Assembly: GCA_027077795.1 (NCBI GenBank)
Contig: JALWTT010000015.1
Location: 247,441-311,440 of the forward strand
Length of the DNA: 64,000 nt
From: Thermotogaceae bacterium
Lineage (GTDB): Bacteria; Thermotogota; Thermotogae; Thermotogales; Thermotogaceae
Direction of reading: 5' to 3'
Under the pieces are notes generated by a model. It searched no databases, was not told where the DNA came from, and saw only the letters and a list, made by a program, of their open reading frames with translations. Made by a program: the position numbers and the translations under genes. Below are positions 29,727-39,771 of this stretch, piece by piece; the stretch's first letter is position 1; the number at the start of each line of letters is the position of its first letter.

Positions 29727-30764
29727 ATGAACGTTTTGAAGTGGATTTTGATAGGTGTGGGAGCTGTGGCGCTGGTTCTTGGAGTTTTCCTTGGCGTTGA
29801 AACTCTGAGGGATTACAAACCACCGAAAGTTGTAAAGCTCGAAAAAGAGGGGACAGCACAAACTCTTTCTCCCAGAGAATTGACTGTTTTCACCTGGAAC
29901 ATCGGATATGCAGGTCTGGGAAAAGAAATGGATTTCTTCGAAGATGGTGGAACTATTTCGATTCCTCCAAGGAATATGTTTGAGAGTTATTTAGATGGGA
30001 TACTCAAGACTGTTAAAAAGTATTCTAGCGTTGCCGACGTGTTCTATTTCCAGGAAGTGGACAGGGACAGTGATAGGAGCTATCACGTGGATGAATATGA
30101 GAGTTTGAAGAAAACTCTCGAGGGTTACGAATCGGCGTTTGCTTATAACTACGTGGTTGATTTTGTCCCGGTTCCTTTGACTCACCCAATGGGAAAGGTT
30201 TCAGGAGGAATGGCTTTGTTCTCAAAGTACGATTTCAAGGATCCCACGAGGGTAGCTCTTCCAGGGGAATATCCTTGGCCGGAGAAACTATTCTTCCTGG
30301 ACAGGTGCATGATAGTTACGCGAATTCCGGCACCAGATGGAAAGGAGTGGGTTCTCATAAACACTCACAACTCTGCATTCGATAGTGGTGATCAGAGGAA
30401 AGCTCAGCTTGATTTCATAAAGAATTTTATCCTCAAAGAGTATGAAAAGGGAAATTACGTGATCATTGGCGGGGATTGGAACCTGATGTTGGGAGGGGAT
30501 TTTAAGTATACGGAAAGGCCTGAGGAATTCTACAAGCCTCTCCCAAAAGACTGGACTCCTAGAGGGTGGAGATGGGCTTTTGATGAAGGTATACCATCGA
30601 ATAGATCGGTCAAGGCTCCCTACAGAAAAGGTGTGACATTTGTCACTGTGATAGATGGATTCTTAGTTTCGCCAAATGTAAAAGTGTTGAGTGTTAAAGG
30701 AATAAACTTGGGGTTTGCCTATTCGGACCACAACCCTGTTCTCGCCAAATTTGGGGTTAAGTGA
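29727..30764 (+). CDS. membrane-anchored endonuclease/exonuclease/phosphatase (EEP) family protein
   Basis: N-terminal TM helix. EEP motifs (FTWNIGY, SDHNPV at the C-terminus). Starts 2 nt after the GGDEF stop. Confidence 0.7.
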   Translation: MNVLKWILIGVGAVALVLGVFLGVETLRDYKPPKVVKLEKEGTAQTLSPRELTVFTWNIGYAGLGKEMDFFEDGGTISIPPRNMFESYLDGILKTVKKYSSVADVFYFQEVDRDSDRSYHVDEYESLKKTLEGYESAFAYNYVVDFVPVPLTHPMGKVSGGMALFSKYDFKDPTRVALPGEYPWPEKLFFLDRCMIVTRIPAPDGKEWVLINTHNSAFDSGDQRKAQLDFIKNFILKEYEKGNYVIIGGDWNLMLGGDFKYTERPEEFYKPLPKDWTPRGWRWAFDEGIPSNRSVKAPYRKGVTFVTVIDGFLVSPNVKVLSVKGINLGFAYSDHNPVLAKFGVK

Positions 30765-31035
30765 AAAAACTGGCGGGATCTCCGCCAGCTATGCTAGAAA
30801 ATCTATAACGTTTCTCGTCGCCCCGCCGCCAGATATATTTTTCTTTCTAGCGCGTTTCTTTTCCTTATCGATTTTTATCTTGTCGATGAGATTTCCTCTG
30901 TATTCGAGCTTCACTCTCAAGTTTGTTTTTTCCTTGTGAAGGTAGTATTCTATTTCCCTGGATATTCTTCCCACCTTCATGGATCACCCCTCCTACTCAA
31001 GTGAATATTTCTGCATCCGCGTCTGTGAATCCTTC

Positions 31036-31965
31036 ATGGTATACTCGCTTTGGGAGGTGATCTTTGTGGTTGCTCTTATAATCCTGGCGATCTTTCTTTT
31101 GGTATTCGCCGCGGCTTCCGTCAGAGTAGTCCGGCCTTACGAAAGAGGTCTCATAGAAAGGCTGGGAAAATTCAGGAAAGAAGTGAGTTCGGGCCTTCAC
31201 ATGATAGTGCCATTCTTTGATCGAATGATAAAAGTCGATATGAGGGAAAGGGTCATAGATGTTCCTCCACAGGAAGTTATAACCAAAGACAACGTCGTTG
31301 TAACTGTGGATGCAGTAATATACTACGAGGTCACAGATGCATACAGGGTAATATACAACGTTAGCAATTTCGATATTGCTACCGTGAAGCTAGCTCAGAC
31401 GAATTTGAGAAATGTCATAGGCGAGCTGGAATTGGACCAGACGTTAACGTCGAGGGAGAAGATCAATTTCAAATTGAGGGAGGTTTTGGACGAGGCAACG
31501 GATAAGTGGGGAGTTAGGATAACGAGGGTTGAGATAAAGAAGATAGATCCTCCAAAGGACATAATGGAGGCTATGAGTAAGCAGATGAAAGCTGAGAGAA
31601 CCAAGAGAGCCGCGATACTGGAGGCGGAAGGGGTTAAGCAGTCTCAGATACTCAGGGCGGAAGGGGAGAAAAGTGCCGCGATATTGAAAGCAGAAGGTGA
31701 GGCTGAAGCGATAAAGAGAGTGGCTGATGCTAACAAATACAGACTCATAGCTGAAGCACAAGGGCAGGCTCAGGCGATTTTAGCGGTGTTCAAGGCGATA
31801 CATGAAGGGCAACCTGACAAGGAGATAATCGCTCTTAGGTATTTAGACGCCCTTGTGAAAATGGCAAATGGCCAGGCGAACAAAGTTTTCATCCCTTACG
31901 AATCCTCCTCCGTCATGGGAGCTATGGGGATGCTGTCGGATCTATTCAGATCAAAAGAGAGTTGA
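31036..31965 (+). CDS. SPFH / band 7 (stomatin/HflK-like) protein
   Basis: N-terminal TM helix then SPFH domain, Ala/Glu-rich coiled coil ([18 protein letters not shown]). Start chosen at MVYSLWEV; the track ORF begins 57 nt earlier. Confidence 0.8.
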   Translation: MVYSLWEVIFVVALIILAIFLLVFAAASVRVVRPYERGLIERLGKFRKEVSSGLHMIVPFFDRMIKVDMRERVIDVPPQEVITKDNVVVTVDAVIYYEVTDAYRVIYNVSNFDIATVKLAQTNLRNVIGELELDQTLTSREKINFKLREVLDEATDKWGVRITRVEIKKIDPPKDIMEAMSKQMKAERTKRAAILEAEGVKQSQILRAEGEKSAAILKAEGEAEAIKRVADANKYRLIAEAQGQAQAILAVFKAIHEGQPDKEIIALRYLDALVKMANGQANKVFIPYESSSVMGAMGMLSDLFRSKES

Positions 31966-32661
31966 TATGTAGTCCGCTATTGGTATTATAACTATTGCAG
32001 GTAGGAAATTACCGACCTTTATCTCTTTTATACCGAGTATCCTTACACCTATTGCTAGAACGAGCAGCCCTCCTAATGCAGTCATGTCTCCAAGGTATAT
32101 CGGCGTTGATAGGAATTTCAAGTAAGAGGCTAGGCTTACCAAGAGCCCCTGAAATATAAGTACCCACACCGAGGAGAAAAGAACGCCGAAGCCATAGAGT
32201 GATGCGAGAATTGACGATGAGATGAAATCCATCAATGATTTCACGAGTATCAAACTCGGATCATTTTGAAGGCCTATGTTCAGGCAACCTATTATCGTCA
32301 TTGGCCCTATGGTAAAAAGTAGAGAAGCGCTTACAAAGCCAGTTGAGAATCCCTCGCTCTTTCCTAGTCTCCCAGCGAGGTTCTCCAGGTCATCCTCCAC
32401 TTTCAGGAGTTCCCCTACAATTCCTCCAAAGAGAAGTGAAAGTAATATTAGGAGAAAATCCGGTCTTCCAACTTTTGCCATCTGCGGTGTTATCATAGGT
32501 TTTACCACCATTGCCGTTCCTATTCCCAGGGTTATCAATCCAACAGAAGTGAACATCATGTCCTTAACCTTCTCAGGAATGACCCTTCCGAAGAAGATTC
32601 CCAAGAGGCTTCCCAGTATCACTGCTACTGTGTTAACAATCGTTGCGTAGTGAAACATCAC
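31951..32661 (-). CDS. DUF554-family membrane protein
   Basis: 236 aa polytopic membrane protein with N-terminus [21 protein letters not shown], typical of the YqgA/DUF554 family. Confidence 0.5.
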   Translation of the reverse strand: MMFHYATIVNTVAVILGSLLGIFFGRVIPEKVKDMMFTSVGLITLGIGTAMVVKPMITPQMAKVGRPDFLLILLSLLFGGIVGELLKVEDDLENLAGRLGKSEGFSTGFVSASLLFTIGPMTIIGCLNIGLQNDPSLILVKSLMDFISSSILASLYGFGVLFSSVWVLIFQGLLVSLASYLKFLSTPIYLGDMTALGGLLVLAIGVRILGIKEIKVGNFLPAIVIIPIADYISTLF

Positions 32662-34985
32662 CCCACCTCCAGAAATCTTATTCTGTCTCCATATAGGGAA
32701 CGAATTTTATCGTACAGATCTTTATGCTTTGAGAGATCCGGATCGCTTTCAACGAGTTCTGTCGCATCTTCTCTAGCCTCTATTAGCTCCCTTTTACTTT
32801 GGATTATATCTGCAAATCTGAATTCCGGAAGGCCGTGTTGGCGGGTACCTAAGAATTCCCCAGGCCCCCTTGTCTGAAGATCATATTCTGCTATCTTAAA
32901 CCCATTTGTAGTGGATTCAAAAAGTTTCAACCTCTCGTAGGCATCCCCATCCAGATCTCCATATAGGAGAAAACAGAAAGCCTGATGCTTGCTCCTTCCC
33001 ACCCTTCCGCGGAGCTGATGAAGCTGAGCCAGTCCGAACCTTTCTGGATTTTCTATGACCATGACTGTTGCATCCGGGACATCTATTCCAACCTCTATAA
33101 CAGTTGTCGAAACCAAGACATCATACTCTTTTGAAGCAAACTCTTCCATGACAGTCTCTTTCTGGGTGTCGGGCATCTTTCCATGCAAAAGCCCCACACG
33201 AAGCTCAGGAAACACCTCTTTCGATAGATACTCATGCATCTCCGTTGCCGCCTTTAGCATCAGCTTGTCGGATTCTTCGACGAGTGGATAGACTATGAAA
33301 GCTTGGTGCCCGAGTTCCACTTCCTGTTTTATAAATCTGAAAACTTCGCTGGATTTAGACACGGGGACCATTAACGTTTTAATCGGTTTTCTCCCTGGTG
33401 GCATCTCGTCTATCACTGATACATCTAGATCTCCATATAAGGTTAGTGATAACGTCCTGGGAATAGGGGTAGCGGTCATCACCAAGGTATCGACCATTTT
33501 CCCTTTATTCATCAAGGCTTCTCGCTGTTTTACACCAAACCTGTGCTGCTCGTCTATTATCACTAATCCCAAATTCCGGAAATGCACATCTTCCTGTATG
33601 AGTGCATGAGTTCCAACAACTACATCAATGGAGCCATTTTTCAGGGCTGACTTTATCTTACCCTTCTGGGAAGGCGAGGTCGATCCAGTCAATAAAGCTA
33701 CCTTAATTCCATACTTTTCCAGTGATTTCATCCTTCTGTAATGTTGGATTGCGAGTATCAAAGTGGGGGCCATCATCGCTCCTTGAAACCCAGCTTCATA
33801 GTTGTCAAGAAGTGCAAGCTGGGCAACAACGGTCTTTCCAGATCCAACGTCACCTTGAAGGAGTCTGTTCATTGGATATTCAGATTCCATATCTCTCTTG
33901 ATTTCCTCATATACCCTCTTCTGGGAGTTTGTAAGCTCGAATTCCAAGTCATTTAGGAATTTCTCTGAAAGCTTGCCCTTTATCTTCTTCGGGATTCCCC
34001 CCAGTTTCCTCTGCTTTTGCCGACTCATCGCCAAGGCGAGTTGAAAATAAAAAAGTTCCTCGTAAGAAAGTCGTCTTCTCGATTCAAAGAGATGATGAAA
34101 AGTCCTGGGAAAATGAATCCCATACAGCGCTTTCTTCTTATCTATCAGCTTTCTCTTTTTAATCAGGAAATTCGGGAAATCGTCTTCAAATTCGCATACA
34201 CTAGAGTTTATGTTCTCTCGAAAAATCCTCCTCATCACCTTCTGTGATAAGCCGGAAGTCAATCTGTATATAGGAAGGATCTCCCTCTGAAATTTCCTAT
34301 CCAATGGAACAACTTCGGGGGAGTTCATCTCCACAGTTCCAAGCATGCTCCTCTTCGCATTGCCGGTTACGATCACTTCCTTGCCACGCATATCTCTCAA
34401 GTTTTCATACAAATATTCCTGGTTGAACCATTTCAGTACAATCGTTCTCACGCCGTCACTGAGCGTTGCTGAAATTATACTCATCCTCTTCACCTTTTTC
34501 TTATCTAAAGATGTTATCTTCCCCCTGGTCGTGAATTTTCCCTCTTTAAGTTCTCCTATGGAGACGATTTTCCTTCTATCCTCGTAGTCCCTTGGTATAT
34601 ACCAGACCAAATCTCGCATGGTCTCAATTCCAAGTTTTTTCAGCGCTTTCGCTCTTGCAGGGCCAACACCTTTTGCGTACTTTATATCTGTTTCAGGGTC
34701 CCTGGTTTCATGGCAATCAGGTTCGGAGAAAAAGAACCACCTTCTGTACCTTCTGATCATACCAAGTGCATTCTCTATCCTTCTTTTTCTTCTATCACCA
34801 GGCAATTTTCTGAGAGGCTTTAAGTAATCTACCAATATTTTTAACTTCTCTCGAGCCTCTTTCGAATCCAGCAATGGATCATCCAAATCCCTTTTGAGGT
34901 TTAAAATAGCCGCAATTTTAAGGATATCTTTTTCCTTAAGAGCCCTTTCTAAGTTCTCTAAGAACTCTTCAACAAGAGTTGTCAA
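32658..34985 (-). CDS. recG: ATP-dependent DNA helicase RecG
   Basis: Wedge domain, helicase motifs (GDVGSGKT, DEQHRFG), C-terminal TRG motif TRGPGEFLGTRQHG. 775 aa. Confidence 0.9.
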   Translation of the reverse strand: MTTLVEEFLENLERALKEKDILKIAAILNLKRDLDDPLLDSKEAREKLKILVDYLKPLRKLPGDRRKRRIENALGMIRRYRRWFFFSEPDCHETRDPETDIKYAKGVGPARAKALKKLGIETMRDLVWYIPRDYEDRRKIVSIGELKEGKFTTRGKITSLDKKKVKRMSIISATLSDGVRTIVLKWFNQEYLYENLRDMRGKEVIVTGNAKRSMLGTVEMNSPEVVPLDRKFQREILPIYRLTSGLSQKVMRRIFRENINSSVCEFEDDFPNFLIKKRKLIDKKKALYGIHFPRTFHHLFESRRRLSYEELFYFQLALAMSRQKQRKLGGIPKKIKGKLSEKFLNDLEFELTNSQKRVYEEIKRDMESEYPMNRLLQGDVGSGKTVVAQLALLDNYEAGFQGAMMAPTLILAIQHYRRMKSLEKYGIKVALLTGSTSPSQKGKIKSALKNGSIDVVVGTHALIQEDVHFRNLGLVIIDEQHRFGVKQREALMNKGKMVDTLVMTATPIPRTLSLTLYGDLDVSVIDEMPPGRKPIKTLMVPVSKSSEVFRFIKQEVELGHQAFIVYPLVEESDKLMLKAATEMHEYLSKEVFPELRVGLLHGKMPDTQKETVMEEFASKEYDVLVSTTVIEVGIDVPDATVMVIENPERFGLAQLHQLRGRVGRSKHQAFCFLLYGDLDGDAYERLKLFESTTNGFKIAEYDLQTRGPGEFLGTRQHGLPEFRFADIIQSKRELIEAREDATELVESDPDLSKHKDLYDKIRSLYGDRIRFLEVG

Positions 34986-35010
34986 GCTATCACCTCGATG
35001 AAATTATAAA

Positions 35011-35030
35011 GGCCCGCCTGATGGCGGGCC
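35011..35030 (-). terminator. candidate intrinsic terminator downstream of the binding-protein gene
   Basis: GC-rich inverted repeat ggcccgcc/ggcgggcc with a 4-nt loop. T-rich run on both strands. Confidence 0.4.
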
Positions 35031-35054
35031 AGCTTTTTCTTGAAAGGAAAAGCC

Positions 35055-36317
35055 TTATTTTCCCCCGTATTCCTCTGCGAGAAGCTTGTTGATTTCGTTT
35101 GTAACCCACTTTATCGCGTCATCTATTGAGGATTTCCCATAGATGACGTTTGCAAACATGGTTCCAACCTTTTGCCTAACCTCGTACCAAACTCCTATTT
35201 GAGGATCAAATACTCCGTTTGGTATCTGAACAAGTGGTATTTCGGCTTTCGGATCACTTGATGCGTATTCCTTCCAAACCTTTGTTTCAAGTGCGCTCCT
35301 TCTCACGGGAACGTATCCAGTGTGAACAGCCCAGTATGCAGTTATCTCAGGCGATATGAGGAATTTCATAAATTCCCAAGCTGCTTTCTTCTGTTCTTCA
35401 CTTGCTGTGTTGAACATGATGACATCTGTCCCGGCGAATGGGACCTTACTGGTCTTCCACTTCGGAACAGGGACCCAGGACCAGTCATGTTTCCCCTTGG
35501 AAGCCCTGTCGACATATGGCTTTCCGGCTATTGAACCCACGTACATGGCGACCTTTCCATCTCCGAATGGTCCGGACAGGTAACTCCCCTGGACATACGC
35601 AATCTTGTCATCGTACATCTTCTTCAGGAGTTTCAAAACTTCCCTGGTCTCTGGGGTATCCAAGTTTGAAACCCATTTTCCGTTAACCTTTTTGAGAATT
35701 GATCCCCCTGCGAGTGATAGGAATATCTCGAAGGTATCCACAGTTGGTCTGAATCCAAAACCGTACTGATCGATCTTCCCATCCCCATCTATGTCATCTG
35801 TGAGAGTTTTCGCATCTTCAACGAGTTCATCTACAGTTTTCGGGGCGTCTACTCCGTACATCAGGAGAGCGTCTGTGTTCACAAAAAGGACATACAGTGA
35901 TTTGTTGAACGGCAAGGCGTATATCTTGTTTCCCCACATGCAGTTTTCCCTGAAGGGCTTCCAAATGTCGTTCCATTCGTCCTCGGTGAATCCTATTTGT
36001 GGATCGAAAACATACTTGCTGAGCTCTTCAACAACACCTGCTTGGATCAGCTTTGCTGTCCAGTTCGAGTAGGCCTGTGACAGAACAGGGAGCTGACCGC
36101 TCTGAGCTGCTGCCAGTAGTTTTTGAGCAAGAGCACCGTAGTTTCCAACATACACAGCCTTAACCTCGATCCCCGGATGCGTTTCGTTGAACATCTTCAC
36201 AATCTCCTGCAAGGCTTTCCCATGACCTCCACCCATGGCGTGCCAAAACGTTACCTCGACGGTTGCAAAGCTCATGACAAAAGTCAGCACCAAAAAAGAA
36301 ACTAGGAGTTTCTTCAT
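35055..36317 (-). CDS. ABC transporter substrate-binding protein (carbohydrate, SBP family 1), orphan
   Basis: Signal peptide MKKLLVSFLVLTFVMSFA, 420 aa, family-1 sugar-SBP-like. No adjacent permease genes. Confidence 0.75.
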   Translation of the reverse strand: MKKLLVSFLVLTFVMSFATVEVTFWHAMGGGHGKALQEIVKMFNETHPGIEVKAVYVGNYGALAQKLLAAAQSGQLPVLSQAYSNWTAKLIQAGVVEELSKYVFDPQIGFTEDEWNDIWKPFRENCMWGNKIYALPFNKSLYVLFVNTDALLMYGVDAPKTVDELVEDAKTLTDDIDGDGKIDQYGFGFRPTVDTFEIFLSLAGGSILKKVNGKWVSNLDTPETREVLKLLKKMYDDKIAYVQGSYLSGPFGDGKVAMYVGSIAGKPYVDRASKGKHDWSWVPVPKWKTSKVPFAGTDVIMFNTASEEQKKAAWEFMKFLISPEITAYWAVHTGYVPVRRSALETKVWKEYASSDPKAEIPLVQIPNGVFDPQIGVWYEVRQKVGTMFANVIYGKSSIDDAIKWVTNEINKLLAEEYGGK

Positions 36318-36378
36318 GGTGTTATCCCCCCTTCTGTGTAAAATTAATTTAGCAAGAAGATTTTATCAGAAAATCCTC

Positions 36379-36735
36379 CTATTTCCAAAATTGCCACCAT
36401 TTCTTTTCCTTCTTTTTTGCGCAGCTTTGTTCTAGTTTTTTCAATTTCTCTTCAATGTTTTCAAGCTTTAAAAGAACCTTTGTGAGCATCGATGAGATTT
36501 CCATTTGCTCTGAATTTCGCATCAGTTCTTCGACAGCACTTCTCAGAGAATGACCTCGATTTCGAATGAGCTTGACGATGTTCTCTACAACCATTCGTTC
36601 ACTTTCGTTGATCATCAGTCCGCTTGGTCCTTCAGGAGCTTTAATCAGCTTGAGCTTTTTCAACTCGATTATGTATCCTCGAAGCGTCGTGTATGGAACC
36701 CCTAGCTTCTTTGAGAGTGCTCTGATCGTATACAT
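36379..36735 (-). CDS. MerR-family HTH protein with C-terminal coiled coil (possible excisionase/regulator)
   Basis: N-terminal MYTIRALSKKLGVPYTTLRGY matches the MerR HTH. C-terminal leucine-zipper-like helix. 118 aa. Immediately downstream of the tyrosine recombinase. Confidence 0.55.
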   Translation of the reverse strand: MYTIRALSKKLGVPYTTLRGYIIELKKLKLIKAPEGPSGLMINESERMVVENIVKLIRNRGHSLRSAVEELMRNSEQMEISSMLTKVLLKLENIEEKLKKLEQSCAKKKEKKWWQFWK

Positions 36736-36805
36736 GTTATATCACCACCAATCTATTATAAACATTTTTCTGCATGTATTGATCATATTATCGATCATAT
36801 CCTTT

Positions 36806-37732
36806 TCAGATTATCTCCGGCAGGCTTTCACCTTCGGCTAAGACTCTAAGGTATATAGATGTAGTTGATATAGATTCATGTCCCAAAATGGCCTGTATTC
36901 TGTTTAAAGGGACACCACTCTCCATAAGGATGATTGCGAATGTGTGCCTGAGACTGTGTGGGGTTAGCCTTCTCTTTATCCCTGCTTTTTCGAGGTAAAT
37001 CTTCATCCGGCGCTGGATAGTCCTTATGCTGACTCTTTTTTTCAAAACTCCTGCCTTAATCGCTTCCTCGACGATACCTCTTTTAACCTGCACCACCCTT
37101 TCTTTTGAACCCTTACCTTTTATCCTTATTCTTGCGCTTTCCTCAATGAAAGCTATGTCTGAAGTTCTGAGTTTCATTACTTCGGATATTCTCATCCCGG
37201 TGTTCACCATGAGTCTGAAAAGTGCCTTGAAATATGGATCATCAATGACGGAAAAGAACCTTTTGAGCTCTTCCATGGTTAAGTAGTGGGGCAGGGCCTT
37301 CTCCTTCGGAGGCTCTGCTTCCATCCAAAACCTTTTTCCTGTGATCTTTCCCCTCTCATATAGCCAGTTCAAGTACCCTTTCACAACAGTCAACTTCATC
37401 TGCTGAGTTCTCGGAGAATTCGACGAAATGGCTCTCAGATACTCCTGGAACCCTCTCTCAACCAGTGGATACTCTGAGAAGCCTTTCAAAATGGATCTAT
37501 ACTGTTTTATAGTACCCTCGCTCCTTCTCTTAACGTTACGAAGATACTCTAGGTACTCCTCCAATTCATTCACCACCCGTGATATTCTACACTTGGTGAT
37601 GGACATGAAGATAACGTGGAGGTTGACCCTGTTCAGCACGTTCATTGTATCCGTCGTGATACTGGGAATGTTTTTCATGCTGTACGAAAACGTGAAGCTT
37701 TCCCTCATGAATTCCCATAGAAGACACATCAT
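36806..37732 (-). CDS. tyrosine recombinase, XerC/XerD-like
   Basis: C-terminal catalytic region HSLRHTFAIILMESGVPLNRIQAILGHESISTTSIYLRV (R-H-R-Y with Tyr nucleophile). N-terminal SAM-like core-binding domain. Confidence 0.8.
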   Translation of the reverse strand: MMCLLWEFMRESFTFSYSMKNIPSITTDTMNVLNRVNLHVIFMSITKCRISRVVNELEEYLEYLRNVKRRSEGTIKQYRSILKGFSEYPLVERGFQEYLRAISSNSPRTQQMKLTVVKGYLNWLYERGKITGKRFWMEAEPPKEKALPHYLTMEELKRFFSVIDDPYFKALFRLMVNTGMRISEVMKLRTSDIAFIEESARIRIKGKGSKERVVQVKRGIVEEAIKAGVLKKRVSIRTIQRRMKIYLEKAGIKRRLTPHSLRHTFAIILMESGVPLNRIQAILGHESISTTSIYLRVLAEGESLPEII

Positions 37733-38837
37733 TGCCGTGATCAGGACTTATTCCAGAAGAGGGATGTTCGCTGGAATCCGGAAGATATTCTTGGTCGTGA
37801 ATGGGAAGGTACTGTCTGATCCATTTAGCTTAACCGGGAAAATACCGTACAAGGATGGTATATATGAATACGACGGGGAATATTACATAGGAGTCAGCTT
37901 AGAGGTAGGTGATAAAAAGATCTTCGCAGCTTCCTACGTTACAACCATCGTTAAAGGGATGCAGGAGGTCTCGCACAGGTTGGTACTATTCGCGGTGGCG
38001 GGTATAGCTCTGTCATTTTTCGCAGCGTTTACCATAGCGAACTTTTCTCTATCTCCACTGAGAAGGATCCTCAGAGGAATAGAGGGAATAAGTGCGTCAA
38101 GCCTTGAAAAAAGGCTCGAAGTAGTTGGAAGTGGGGACGAACTTGATACACTGGCCAAGGAGATAAACAGGATGCTTGACAGAATAGAGCGATCTTACCG
38201 AGCCCAGGAAAGGTTTGTGCATGATGTCTCGCATGAGTTGAAAAACCCTTTGTCGTCCATGAAGGGTTTCATAGGAGTCCTGAAAAAATGGGGGTTTGAT
38301 GATGAAAAGATATTCCACGAATCTACGAATGAGATAGAAAAATCCATCGATGAAATGAGTAGCGTTGTGGAGGAATTGTTGATGCTTTCCAAAGAAGAGA
38401 CAACGGAAGAGGAAAGTGTAGATGTTAAATCGTTGGTACTGGAGGTGCTAAAGGATTTCCATCTTAGGGGTTCTGAAAGGGAGATAGAAGTTGAGGGTGA
38501 GGCTGTTGTCAGAGCCAACCCAGATTACTTGAAGATAATTATCAGGAATCTCATTGATAACGCTTTAAAGTACTCCGAGGGAAGGATTTGGATAAAGATA
38601 AAAGGATGTTGCCTGGAGGTCTCAGACGAGGGTGAAGGAATACCGAAAGAAGAACTCGACAAGATTTTTGATAAGTTTTACAGGGTGGACAGATCGAGAG
38701 ACAGAAGAAAAGGAGGGCATGGGATTGGTCTCTCTCTGGTCAAGGAACTCGCAGAGAAAATGAAAATGAGGGTGGAGGTTGAAAGTGATCTTGGCAAAGG
38801 GAGTACGTTCAGAGTTGTTTGGGGTGAAAAATCTTGA
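37599..38837 (+). CDS. sensor histidine kinase (2 TM, HAMP, HisKA, HATPase_c), orphan
   Basis: H-box HDVSHELKNPL, N-box IIRNLIDNALKY, G-boxes DEGEGI and GHGIGL. Start refined to the ATG at 37599; the track ORF begins antisense inside the recombinase gene. Confidence 0.85.
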   Translation: MDMKITWRLTLFSTFIVSVVILGMFFMLYENVKLSLMNSHRRHIIAVIRTYSRRGMFAGIRKIFLVVNGKVLSDPFSLTGKIPYKDGIYEYDGEYYIGVSLEVGDKKIFAASYVTTIVKGMQEVSHRLVLFAVAGIALSFFAAFTIANFSLSPLRRILRGIEGISASSLEKRLEVVGSGDELDTLAKEINRMLDRIERSYRAQERFVHDVSHELKNPLSSMKGFIGVLKKWGFDDEKIFHESTNEIEKSIDEMSSVVEELLMLSKEETTEEESVDVKSLVLEVLKDFHLRGSEREIEVEGEAVVRANPDYLKIIIRNLIDNALKYSEGRIWIKIKGCCLEVSDEGEGIPKEELDKIFDKFYRVDRSRDRRKGGHGIGLSLVKELAEKMKMRVEVESDLGKGSTFRVVWGEKS

Positions 38838-39556
38838 GGGTGTATGGAAGAAAGATACTCAGAGAAATCCTAGCTTCTGGCGTTCCCATAAGGAGAGTGT
38901 ACTTCGCCAACCTGGAAAATCCATCCAAGGATTTTGAGGACCTCGTTGTGGAGGTTCAAAGGAAAGGCATTCCGTATAGGTTCATCAGCAAGAAGAAGGC
39001 GGATAATCTAGTCCAAGGTGAGAAGTCCCAGGGAGTTGTGATAGACTTAGCCGAGTTCAGATATCAGGAGCTCTATGAGACTTTGGAGCGTTCAACGAGG
39101 CCATTTGTTGTTCTCCTCGATCGAATTCAAGATCCACACAATCTGGGTGCGATCATCAGAACAGCAGTGGCCGCTGGGGTAGACTTCATAGTCATTCCCA
39201 AAGATAGATCGGTTAGGGTTACACCGGCGGTTGTCAAAGTGTCTGCAGGGTACGTTTTTAAGATACCGGTGGTTCTGGTGACAAATCTTGCCAGAGCGAT
39301 CGATGAGCTGAAAAGTGCGGGGCTTTGGATCTACGCTGCAGCGGCTGGTGGGAAAGACTACTACGAAATTGATCTGGACGGTCCGGTGGGCCTGGTCTTC
39401 GGGAACGAAGGCAGAGGAATAAGAAGGCTCGTGCTAGAGAGATGTGACGGTGTGGTGTCCATACCGATGAAAAACGGTGTGGACTCTTTGAATGTGGCTG
39501 TGAGTGCTGGCATCATCATGTATGAGGTTTTCAGAAGGAGGAATAAGGATCAGTAG
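38834..39556 (+). CDS. TrmH/SpoU-family RNA 2'-O-methyltransferase (RlmB-like)
   Basis: SpoU motifs LLDRIQDPHNLGAIIRTA, GNEGRGI and VDSLNVAV. 4-bp overlap with the kinase gene. Confidence 0.85.
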   Translation: MRVYGRKILREILASGVPIRRVYFANLENPSKDFEDLVVEVQRKGIPYRFISKKKADNLVQGEKSQGVVIDLAEFRYQELYETLERSTRPFVVLLDRIQDPHNLGAIIRTAVAAGVDFIVIPKDRSVRVTPAVVKVSAGYVFKIPVVLVTNLARAIDELKSAGLWIYAAAAGGKDYYEIDLDGPVGLVFGNEGRGIRRLVLERCDGVVSIPMKNGVDSLNVAVSAGIIMYEVFRRRNKDQ

Positions 39557-39629
39557 GGAGGTCATTCGATCCCCTTGGGTAGCCACATCTTGAACTACTC
39601 GAAATCAGGGGTTATAATACTTCTGCCGT

Positions 39630-39706
<77 letters not shown>

Positions 39707-39713
39707 GAAAAAA

Positions 39714-39740
39714 AGCAGGGGAAAAATCCCCTGCTTTTTC
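39714..39740. terminator. bidirectional rho-independent terminator
   Basis: agcagggg-aaaaat-cccctgct flanked by an A-run upstream and a T-run downstream. Serves tRNA-Met on the plus strand and the convergent binding-protein gene on the minus strand. Confidence 0.7.
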
Positions 39741-39771
39741 ATTACCCTTGAGTTGAAATGCCACCGAAATG

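Noticed and set aside
30789-30980. 63-aa highly basic minus-strand ORF between the EEP gene and the SPFH gene
   Set aside because: It has no recognisable RBS or motif and overlaps the likely 5' leader of the SPFH gene. It could be a real small basic protein, but the evidence is insufficient to call it.
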